DNA of 64,000 nucleotides from Amphiscolops sp. MND2022. Taxonomy: Eukaryota. Shown here piece by piece: positions 24,958 to 35,953 of this stretch. The position numbers and the translations under genes were made by a program. The first letter of the stretch is position 1; each line of letters starts with the position of its first letter. Below the pieces are notes generated by a model. That model was not told the origin of the DNA and made no database searches. It saw only the letters and a program-made list of their open reading frames with translations. The stretch lies in the NCBI GenBank assembly GCA_964187785.1, contig OZ076409.1:35156001-35220000 (forward strand), written 5' to 3'.

Positions 24958-25937
24958 GTTTTAAGTCGGCGCTTCATGAAGGATAACGCGACTATACTGG
25001 TATTTTTTTAGACTCTTTTTAGACTATACTAGACTCTTTTTTTTTCAATCCACACCAACTGACCAAAATAATTCTACAAAGTTCTGCGAAACTTTAAGGT
25101 GGAAAATTGGACCATTTGGCACCTGGAAGTGAAAAAAAAGAAATTGTTCCTGTCTTTAGCGACCAAAAAGTATTATCTCTCAAAGGTGTCCCCCCTCAAA
25201 TTTTTTGATATTTTGCAACACAACGGATGTTGAAGAATTCAAAAGGAGCCCTCTTTTAGCGCGCCAATTCTCTCCAATTTTAGCGCACCCGGCGAGCCTA
25301 TTCGGTCCAACTTTTGGGTTTTTCGCGTACTGTAAAAAAGTATACTTAATACTTTGAAGTCCTTTTGCTATTTTTGAGCCTTAAAAATGGCGCCGATTTA
25401 TGCCGTTCCCGGCTGGTTTTTTGTTCGAGGAGCTTTTAGTTGCCAAGAGTTCGTCTTGGAGCGGTGTAATACAGTCCTGGTCAATTCTTCGGGCAAGACA
25501 GATTTTATAAACTTTATAAGCTGACTTCCACTAACTGCCAACTAAACTGCTACTTCTACTTCCACTTGGCATAGAGGTTAATTAGGATTTTTTGAGGTCT
25601 GCCAAGCAGAAGGACGTGGGTTCGAGTCTCGCACTTGACCTAAATTCTTTTGTGCATGTTATTTCGGGTTTGTGAGATTTCTTTCGCAATTTTTTAAAAG
25701 TCTCCAAAGGGGCCCTCCTTCAATTTTTCTTCTGTTTGCAACAGAATGGATGTTCAAAAAATCCCAAAGGGTACCCCTTTTAGATTCTTTGGCACTGTGT
25801 GACTTGCCGGAGACTTTAAATATCGATCTTTTTTCCTCATTCGCGTACTGTAAAAAAGTATACTTGACGCTTTGAAGTCCTTTTGCTATTTTTGAGCCTT
25901 AAAAACGGCACCGATATATGCCGTTTTCGGCTGGCTT
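24958..25937. mobile_element. Two family H copies (24958-25417 and about 25500-25937) sharing a duplicated 3' flank
   Basis: TTAAGTCGGCGCTTCATGAAG start; both end GGC(G/A)CCGAT...GCCGTT..CGGCTGG. Confidence 0.65.
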
Positions 25938-27892
25938 TAGTTCGAGGAGCTTTTAGTCTCCATGAGTTTGTCTTGGAGCGGTGTAATACAGTCCTGGTCA
26001 ATTCTTCGGGCAATCCATTCAATATCGGTTTAGGAAAACACTGATTTACTCTAACCGAGTCTGTACCCGGCATCTCCTAGTTTCGATAGTACGTCTATCA
26101 ACTGTTTTTTTGTGTTTTTTTCGTAGCAACAATCGAAATCGGTGAGAAGTTTATTCATTTTTCATCAACGAAGATACATCCGTGTTTTTTATTCTTATTT
26201 TTATTGTAATCAAGTTTTACAAGAATTCACATTGATCCAGATCCTCCACTCAGTCTAGGTCCAGAAGCGTGTTGGGTAATGGTCTTTGTTGTGGTCCATT
26301 ACTACGCCAATCGGGGAAAACTTGACTGCAGCAGATCTGCAGCAGTTTGGTGTGAATTCTTCACTTAGATTTCATTACGTGGGTTTTCAAGAAACGAAGA
26401 AAGTGGGTTGGAACTTTTTCCTGGATTTTTGCATCAATACTGTGTGTAACATGCGTAGAATCGTCGAAGTATAATTTCAGTATTTTCCTGAATTCTGGAA
26501 AATGTGGATTCTTCACCAAGCAATTATTAGTTAGAGTGGATTCTTCACAAATAGGCCACTTGTCAGATCTACTGAAATTTTGCGGATTCTTCGTTTTGTA
26601 TCAATTCACCATAACACTAATAATTGAAATTTGTGGATTCTTCGTTTTGTATAAATTCACCATAATACCAATACAAAACTCCCAACACCCTTTACAAGTT
26701 CTGGAACATTTTTCACCGGGGGGAACGAAAGAACGGTGCTAAACACTTTTATTGACATAAATTTCTCATAGGAGTTCAATGATCCCAATGAGTTTTGCAC
26801 CATGGTCAAATGGTTTACAAGAATTATCAATCGCAAAAGAAAAAATTGATTTCAATCAGTAGAATACTTTCTGGCGGAACGTGAGAAATTCCTAAACTTC
26901 TCTTGTTTTTCTATGAACTTCCCATATGAAATTTAATGATACAGTATTGTGTTTTTGGTGAAATGGTTTCGAAAAGATATCAATCGCAAAAAGAAACATG
27001 TATTTGATTTCAGTCAAAAAATTACTTTGTAAGCAAGTTCAAATATCAATCATAACTTACAAATGTAGAACATAGTATAAAATTGAAGAATCAGGGAAAC
27101 TTTGGAGAATTGACGAAAAACAAGGAATGTTCACATCAATTGTTAAACCATGTGAACCATATACTATTATTATTGTGAAGAATCGACAAAACCATTTTCT
27201 CATTTATTGAAAATTTTATTTTCGCACTACCTTTAATATTGTGTGAATTCTTCAGCCAAATTGGCGACACTTTGAAGTTCACTTTTCCCCAATTCCTGAA
27301 ACACATTTTGGTAGTCGCAGTTTTGAAGCCAATTTTTCTCAGTTCTTGAAAGACCAAAGTTCCCCAATTGGCGTCGTAATGTCAGAACCTTGATTGTTTC
27401 TTCATTTAATCCACTTCGATTCAAGTCATAAATTTATCCTCAAATCCAGCCCGATTGTCGCTCATGTCACTATATTCAGTTTTCAGTTGTATTGTTTGCA
27501 TGGAGTTGAATAACTTTAATTCTGGCAATAATTTTACCGGGGAGCGTTTGTCTAAGATGAAGTTCATTGGCCAGCTGTGGACAAATGCCAATGAAATAAA
27601 GAACTCTGGTCCATTTTCAAGTGCGCTTTCGTTGGAGGAATCTTTTTACTGATCATGCGGATGGTACTCGAAGACCAGTCGTCTTCTCCTGCGTTGCTCT
27701 TCTTAGACGTGATTTATTTTTTCTCGCCAGCGGCGGCATTCAGCAAAATTTTGTTGTTTCCCACTTTAACGCATATCCAACTTTTCCTCCACATTCGTGC
27801 AGTTTTTTTCAATTGGGTGTACCGCATTAGTGACAATCGAACTTTTTGGATTTGAACAGTCGCTCATTGTCTTCTTGGTAAAATGCGTCATC

Positions 27893-28358
27893 TTTTAGTC
27901 GGCGCTTTTCTCAATAAAATAGTCGACTATAGTCATGGATTTTCGTCGGTGTTTTTTCGATACACCTGAAGTGGCCCAAATAGTTCTATCAAAAGTCCCA
28001 CAAAATTTTAAACTCGGCCTGTTGGCCCAGGGAACTGAAGCAAAGAGATTTTTTTTCGCGTAACATACAATACCGGGCGAGACTAAAGTGTCCCCTTTCA
28101 ATTTTTTTCGGTATTGTAAGACTTTTTCGAAGTCCCCTAAGGAAAATTTTTAATGTCCCTTAAAAGTCCGCCCTTCATTTTTTCATATTCAACAGAATGG
28201 ATGTTGAAAAATCTCAGAGCGTCCACCTGGCGCGCCAATTCGGTCCAACTTTCTGGTTTTTCGGGTGCTCTAGAAGAAACACTTTGACACTTTGAAATTT
28301 GCTTTTGCTTTTTTTGAGCCTTAGATATGGCGCCAACTTGGGCCGGTCCCGGCTTCTT
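27893..28358. mobile_element. Family H copy
   Basis: TTTTAGTCGGCGCTTTT...GGCGCCAACTTGGGCCGGTCCCGGCTTCTT. Confidence 0.7.
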
Positions 28359-28962
28359 ATCCATTTGCTGAGTCTCGTTTTCTTTAGTTGAATCAGTTCC
28401 TGGCGACACATTTAATTTTTGTACAAGTACTCAAGTACCGTATCGTGCATCGCTTCGGCCTGCATTCGGCGCTTTTAAATCTTCTATTTGAGTTCGTGAG
28501 CACAAATATCTTTTCCGAATAGATAGAAAAATTGGCATGCGAGGCGTTCTATCGTGGTGTATTTTTCAAATTCACTGATTATCTCCGTCTCTAAGATGCG
28601 TTTCCATACTTCGTTTGCTGTTTCCATGGTAGTCCCGTTTAAGGCAGAAGAATCCAGCCATGCTGTGAAGAGTTTTTTTGTTCCGGAGTGAAGTGTAATA
28701 GGAAGAGAGCATTGTCTGTGTATCGGTAAGGCGATTTGTTCTCTCTCACACGCACACTATTTTCGTGGTGAATGTGTTCCCGCCCTGGCCGCAAGGAAAA
28801 ATCCTTTTTTAACTTTTACAGTCGATTACGGTATTGTGATTGAATTTTCAAGATTGTCTTTACTAAATGATCTGTGTCCCTCCTCATATTCACCCACTGG
28901 ACAAACTTCCGTCACAGCTTTTCACTGTAGTGGTCTTGGTTCTTCAATGTCGAGTTAATTAG

Positions 28963-29390
28963 TTTTTTAGTCGGCACTTCATGAAGTGAAACGCGACTTG
29001 CAAGTGACTTTTTTAATCCACGCGAACTGCCCAATATACTTCCACCAAGTTCTACGAAAAATTATTGTGTCAATTTGGACCCACCAGCCAGGGAACTGAA
29101 CTAAAAAAAGCTGTTCCTTTTTTCAGCATAACATACGATACCAGGCGAGACTAAAGGGTTCCCTTTCAGATTTTTTCGGCATGAGGAATTTTTTCCAAAA
29201 AATTAGGTTCTTCAAAGGGTTTCCTCTTTTAGCGCGCCAGGGGCCCGAGCTAGCTTGTACCCGGCGCACCAGTTCGTACCATCGTTTGGGTTTTTCGGGA
29301 ACTGTAGGAGAGAATACTTGAAACTTTGAAGTCCTTGTACTATTTTTGAGCCCTAGGTATGGCGCCGACTTATGCCGTTCCCGGCATGTT
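28963..29390. mobile_element. Family H copy inserted next to gag-B
   Basis: TTTTTTAGTCGGCACTTCATGAAG...GGCGCCGACTTATGCCGTTCCCGGCATGTT. Confidence 0.7.
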
Positions 29391-29419
29391 TAATACAGTT
29401 TTACGGTCTACAGTTCTTC

Positions 29420-30199
29420 GCTGTAATGTCATTTCGAGTGCCGGGCATTTCCGTTTTAATGTCCAGTTGGAGGCGCTGCAGAATCTGCATGGTCGTTTTT
29501 GCGACTATGTTGTTCTTCGGTCTATTTCCGAACTTGTTCAACCTTTGTATCGTTTCTTCTTCCACAGTATGTCTTCTTTGCTAAAATTAATGCTTCCGGA
29601 TTTGATTTCGTTTTTTTTTCCTTTTATCATAAGTATTCTGTTTGCTTTTTTCACTTCTAGCATTTTCTCTTCCACCATTTTATCCTGTAGTTTTTCGTTG
29701 GTGGTTGCGGTCATGTACTTTGATAGAAACAATTCTTGAGTGTTGGTGTTTATATTTGTGTCCGAACTTGTGTTGGAATCACGTTCTTTGTCGGTCGATC
29801 TTGATTAGTCGTCTACAGAATTTTTCGGTGTTCCATTTTCAGTCTGTTACGCCCAAACGAAATCTCGTCGGTTTTGTGTTATTCTTGGGAAGGTAACATT
29901 CGGTGAATGACCGGATCAGTTGTATTTTGTATTGTTGCCGTCTGATTCCGTTTGGTGTTCAGCTCTGGTTATATGGTAGAATGCTTCGGGTCCCAATCCC
30001 CAGATAAGATTTTATTCGATCGTTTTTTCTTTTCCGTCCAGCTGGTTCCCGTAACGTCTTCTTTCAGTAGCGGTGTGATATCTATTTTTTGTTCTCTTTC
30101 CTGAATTGCCTGAATCTCCGCAGCCACTGTCCCGGTGTGAATACCGGATTTCCTTCCAAAATCTATGCTCATAGGGTCTACTGTGTTTCTTTCTGCCAT
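29420..30199 (-). pseudogene. Decayed gag of a second gypsy-type element B
   Basis: Frameshifted pieces MAERNTVDPM..., KIDITPLLKED, FLSKYMTATTNEKLQDKM and a Cys motif RPCRFCSASNWTLKRKCPA, resembling the CxxC...CPA gag motif of Mag-type gypsy elements. Confidence 0.65.
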
Positions 30200-30851
30200 T
30201 GTTCTATGGTGTTAAGAAGTTTTCTTTCCGTTTTTTTCAAAAATAGCTGATTGTGCCTGAATTTATACTAGAGATACGTTAGCAAAGAAAGGAAGATGTT
30301 TAAAATGGAGATTCTATTTCCTAGCAACTAAACTTTATACACAATTGTAAAAATTAAAAGTTTGTAAATACATTGTAGAGTCTGTTTGTTAACAACTCGT
30401 ATGTATTCTTGCCGCTAGATGAACCGAAACTGGGTAGAGGTCAGGAGACGGAATAACCGTATAACACATGAAATCAAAAATTTTTGAAACGTCAAAATTG
30501 TGAAACGAGTCAAAAGATTTAACGATGTTTAAGTAATAGTGATCGAGAAAATGCTCGCTGTTCAGAGAAAATTCGTGGAATATGACAAGGTTATACGGGT
30601 TAAGTATTACGAGGGTGACTTCGGAAATGGTTCTGAAACCATTAAAATCCTTCAAAAATGATTAATTCAAACTCAATTCTAACCAGAGGGTATGTCATCA
30701 GTGCAGTTATAGTTGCTCAATCGATAATTTACCGATGTTAAACATTGAAAAGATGTGAAACTTCACAAGTGAATCTTGTTGCAATCGTTTGTCATTCATT
30801 GTTGGTTAAGTTGTACATTTTTCTTATCTAGTAATTTTTAGCAAGATCAAG

Positions 30852-32670
30852 TGTGATAATCGGCTTCCTGTCTGTTTTCTGTACCTTCTAACTGTATTAT
30901 AACTTCTTTCTGTATTATAACTGTACCTTCTAAGGTCTCATTTGAAACTCCAAAAGGAGTTGACGAATATTTAGTTCATCCATGTCTGAGGACGGAAAGC
31001 GATTATCCTGTATTCTATCTCTATTGTTTTCAATGTTTGATGCGTGTTTTTTCTTGAGTTGCTGCTCGTTCCTCAACTTAGAAGGCGCAGGATTGCAGTT
31101 TTCATCGTCTTTTTCTCTATCACAGTTTTTGTTTGCTCTGATTTCTTTCAATATTTCCTCAAATTTGCTGTTTAGATGTTTTTCGATCTGTGACATTTTC
31201 GTGTTAATTTGTTCAGTCAATCTTTGTGAAATAATCTCAATCTCATTGCTGACTTGTGATAGTTCCGTTAGTTCGCTACGTAGATTCCTATCAAAAACAT
31301 TAACAGCGGTTTCGGAAACGTTAGTTAAAAGCGCTTTATCCTTCCATAATGCTTCTGGAGACCGAGACTCAACTGTTCTCAGTCGTCTGCTTCTTTTGTT
31401 CTCCATGATGAAAAGCAGTTTTAGGTGCGAAAACCTTTGAATTCAGAGATACTGCGAGAAATGAAATCGTTAGAGTTTTCTTTACAGAGAAGAAACTGCA
31501 AAGTTTGGAAATTGTGGGGTTAGTTGATCAATTGAGTGCCTGTATTGTGTGGATGTCTTTTTGTCGAATGATTGAGTGAATGTCTGATAAATGGGTCTCT
31601 TCTCAAATGTTCTCAATGGGTGTTATTTTCAGTAGCATGACCAAACGTTTTTTTTACAAATCATCATAACGTTATGTTTCTAGTGTCAGAAATTAAAAAT
31701 AATCCATTACATCACGTCCCTAGAAGGTCTAAAAATAAATCAGTAAGAAATGTAAATTACTGAGAAATGTTATGCAAATTATGCTGAATATCATCATTAT
31801 TCCGCATATGCTGCTTCATGAAAACCGCATAATGCAGCATAATCTCGTAGCAACGCTGTACAAATATTTATGCTGTTTTCAAATTATATCACCACGCTGT
31901 TTTCGCGAGATTTCCGCATATGCTGTATCTAGGTTGAAACATCATGCTGTTTCTGCAGGATTTCCGCATATGCTGCTCCTGCAAGATTTCCGCATAAGCT
32001 GTTCCCAGATCAAATCATCATGCAGTTTTTATGGGATTTCTGCATATGAAATTTCATGGTCTAAACGTCATGCTGTTCTTGTAGAATTGCCGTCTATGTT
32101 GTTTTGATACAAATACCGCATAATACAGTATGAAGCATAAGCGTCAGTACATATGCACTCATTATGCTGTTTTATCAATAATTCCGCATATTCTGTCTTA
32201 AACAAACCGAATAAGCAGTACAATTTGCTCTCGTAAGCACGTATGAATGTATTAGGAAGCTTTTTAATCAGATCATCATACTGTTTTCAACCAGTATACG
32301 TATAGTTATGTTCGAAACGTCTTATATATGTATAGATATTCAAACACAATAATGGTAGTAAAAACGTTGGTTCATTCTCAGATCAGGTAACTAAAGCGTT
32401 ACTCTTTTTGATTCTTTTATTTGATCAACTCATCTTTTGGGTGAAAGAAACTTCAGCAACAGTTACCATCGTTTAGATGGACACAAAAATAAGTCAACAA
32501 AAACATCATAAACGAACAGAATGACAAAACTGTTTCAAACTAAACTCAAAGTTTCAAATGTTCATCACTTCCTCTTCTTCGCTTGATTTGTCGAAACTGC
32601 TGGTAGTGGTGGCGTTGTCTACTTCACCGGTGTTGCACCCCGGACATCTCGCACGGGTAGGCCTGCGACA
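30852..32670 (-). repeat. 3' LTR of element A (1819 bp)
   Basis: TGTCGCAGGCC...GCCGATTATCACA on -; contains a copy of the gag N-terminus (ORF 30930-31406). Confidence 0.88.
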
Positions 32671-32691
32671 GTCCTGCATTTTTGAAGCAGA

Positions 32692-33610
32692 TCAGCGCCG
32701 CGCCATTCCACCTACAAAAGCTCTCGATCTTACGTTCTTATCACGGATTGTTTCAACAGGGTATTCTGACCATGCTACGTAATGGGTCAGAGATTCAACT
32801 GCAATTTGGTCGCAGGTTTTGTTACAACCGGCGCAATATCCGGCCACCTCTGGCATAACTGAAGGGTTCAACTGTAGCACAGGTTGTACGATGTTGATTC
32901 CACTTTGCAAGAATCCTAGCTGGCCTGAGATCTCCTGGTTTCCATGTTCATGTTGATTGTAATTAGCGTTGTTCCAACTGTTTGGATAAAACGGCACGGG
33001 CATAGGGAGGTAATTAGCTGGCGGGAACGAACGCCCAATCGGCTCTTGGATTCTCTGCGACGTGGGAACTGCTGCTGTGAATGAACTCGTATTAATGGGT
33101 ATCATGGGAGGGTTGATTACTGTTGGTCTAATTGTGGCTGTCTTGGGGTAGGTGAAACCCGTTGCACGGGTCTCACATACAAGTTTCTACCTTCATTCGC
33201 GAACTCCGCTCCGTGGAACGGATCCATCTTGTCGTCTGATGATCCAATGAAAGATAGCGGGGACACGTTTGAAATTCGATCCAACAAGTCCATCAGATCA
33301 TTCTCGATTGTTGGTCCCCTCGTATCAAAATGGTGCTCGGAATTAGTCCCCATTTCATTGTTGCGTGTAAACAGTGCAGCTCCTGCGGCTCTCATGAACG
33401 CAGTTGGCATATCGGAAAAGTAGTAGTAGCTACTCTGAATCTGTCTTCCAAACTAGGCAAGGATATTGGTTCCACGGTAAAATCCTCTCCAGAGCTACTG
33501 GATATATTCATCAATTCCAGGGCAGGACTCGTGATCATTGTAGCATTTGTACTTCTAGTGAATCCCGCCGGGTTTATTAATAATTTTGAGCAATAGTTTT
33601 CAACTTCCAA
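32692..33610 (-). pseudogene. Frameshifted extra (non gag/pol) ORF of element A, sense strand, running toward the 3' LTR
   Basis: Three abutting ORF pieces (33392-33610, 33117-33410, 32692-33105) in shifting frames; P/S/N/Q-rich with a C-terminal CAGC motif. Confidence 0.55.
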
Positions 33611-35278
33611 ATTATCGATGGAACGAAAAGACTTTGAATTGAAATTATAAACTGATTGAAAATTTGAAAGAAAGAAGGAAAGGAGAAACTGTTTCTTGTC
33701 AAGATTGTCAGACCAAAATGGTGAAGTTTCCTAGATTTTTATAGGGTTATGATGCTCCTTCGTAAATTGTATCAAAACATTTCTTGATTACCCCTTTTCC
33801 CGGATTTTCGGATATCCATCGGAACATCTACGGGAATTGGCACCGCTAGAAATAATAATTCCATACAAACGAACTATTTGATTTTGGAATATTCTTTCAA
33901 GTAAGTTTTTCTGCTTTCTGTCCTTCCACCTTTCGTCGAATTAGTTTTAATTGCTCGTAATAAGAAATCATAAAGGTTAATTCACGTTTGAAAAGTGATA
34001 GTTTTCACATTTTACCACGAATTTTACTTACTTCATTGTGAGTTTCTTTTCATCAAGGAATAATGAATGATAGTGCAGTGTTAGTACTTATTCCTAGCAT
34101 ATGCTGTACAGTGAAATCATCAATCTGCATCGGAATTTCACACATTTACAAAACTAAGACATTATGCTGTTTTCTACTCTCATTCGCATAACGCATAGAA
34201 TTCGTCTGTTGCTCAACTATAATCCCTCTGCGGTTTGTTACACTGCCTTACATATTCCGCTGCGCATCCTACGGTATCATTATTCAGTTTCATTGTGATT
34301 TCCGCATAATAGTTTTATGCTGTTTTGCAAACTCATCTGCATGGGCTAGATTTCTTCGCTGACCGCATATGCATTGCTAACTTGGTCATACTGGCAGAGA
34401 ATTCCAAGTCTCATGCATCTTTTCAACCAATCAGATTCGAAATAGATCGCAAATTTTGCGCAATTGGCATTTGCCATTTGCTTTATTGCCTTTGTATTAA
34501 CTGCCACGCCTTCTCTATTGCTCTTCTATTTGGTTTTAATTTCCGTTTCAAGTCTTCTGAGTATCTATAGTAATTGTCATTTGTTGTGTAATTCTAACAG
34601 TACGGGAATTTCCCAGAACCCTTTCGTCTTCTAATTTCCATCCTCATTCAGCCTTTCTGTAGTTTACTTTACTGCTTAATTTAACTGCTCGTTTTCATTA
34701 GAGTCACATATCAACTTTAATTGATTACGTCCTTTCAACGTCAGCTTTTTTCGATTACTACTTTCCTTCGTCATACAACATTAGAAGATTTCTGAATCTT
34801 CTGTTTAATTCCTTTCATCTGCTCTGCGCCACCTTCACGGATTTTTATCGCCATATTTTTGGTTCCTGTTCTAGATGGAAGATAAGCAGTCAGACCAAGA
34901 AAGGAAGGAGCAGCCAACACAAGGTTTGTATTTCTGACTTCTTCTAATCATTTTATTTAACTGGGGAGAAAATATCCATGTCTTTGACTTCAATCAATCA
35001 TCATAGGCCTTTTCGGATATCCTGCTCAGGTTGTTGAACGACTTTTCAGTTTTTCACCAACTGTCCGCATGTTAAATTCCGGACTTCCTGTTTCAAGTCG
35101 TGAACAATTTTTTCGAACTAGTTCTGCTTGTCTGAAGTAAGAGCTGATCAGGCTCTCACCATGTTGAACAGTCAATTCTTTTTGGCTGTCACAATTTCCA
35201 AGTTTTCTGAATTCGTATGTGTTTTAGCTGTACTCGATTCTAAATTCTACAGTTCAAACTCCACCTATCAACGTCGAT

Positions 35279-35953
35279 TTGACTCTGTTGCTCCCTTTTA
35301 GAAATCCGCCACATCACTCAACTCCAGACCACAAGATGAGTTACCAAGAAGATCCGATGACTCTTGTAGACACTGACGGGATCAAGCACTCTTTCGATCG
35401 GGGTATACAGGCTTTAAATTCAAGCGAGTCCAGACCTAAAGTCGCTGTCGGTTTCTTAGCTTCTGGAACTCATGAGAGCACTAGTCCTCAGCAAGAAGGT
35501 GGTGGCGAAGTTCTTCCTGCATCAGTTGCAAGCCGCGCGGAGAGAACAAGGCATGAAGCCGGGCCAAAAGGTTTCCCTGGTTCTACTCCTTCGCCGGGGA
35601 AAACGTGTCTTTCCCCTTTCTCAAGTTTTTTCAACCGAACTCCGCAGTCTAATACTCCGGGGGTTTCGTCACCTGTGGCGCAAGTTCCCGTAGTACCAGT
35701 CATTCCACAACTTCCTCTTGCCTGTAGTTATGTTACCAGTTTCGATTTAATGGCTCTAGATCAATTAACTGAAGCCCGAGGGAAAGCAAAACTCGAGATT
35801 CCTGTCGCACCAATCCTCGGCGAATGTTATTTGCTTCCTGGGCAGCGGAAACTACCTGTCCCAACTGACGAGTTAGATCCATCCTCGGTGGTTTGCTCAC
35901 AGATGGTCTGCAGCAAATTTTATTCACAGGTCTGCAGCACGGTGGCGATTTGA
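35279..35953 (+). CDS. Antisense extra ORF inside element A (224 aa, first ATG 35338); function unknown, probably 3'-truncated by the internal deletion
   Basis: Longest ORF in the window; Pro/Ser-rich; lies between the pol breakpoint and the 3' LTR. Confidence 0.45.
   Translation: MTLLLPFRNPPHHSTPDHKMSYQEDPMTLVDTDGIKHSFDRGIQALNSSESRPKVAVGFLASGTHESTSPQQEGGGEVLPASVASRAERTRHEAGPKGFPGSTPSPGKTCLSPFSSFFNRTPQSNTPGVSSPVAQVPVVPVIPQLPLACSYVTSFDLMALDQLTEARGKAKLEIPVAPILGECYLLPGQRKLPVPTDELDPSSVVCSQMVCSKFYSQVCSTVAI

Noticed and set aside
30982..31440. 152-aa + strand ORF
   Set aside because: Antisense shadow of the gag N-terminal frame in the 3' LTR.
31772..32107. Duplicated 110-111 aa ORFs (also 38502-38834)
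   Set aside because: By-products of the GCATATGCTG motif array in the two LTRs; the frames diverge between copies.
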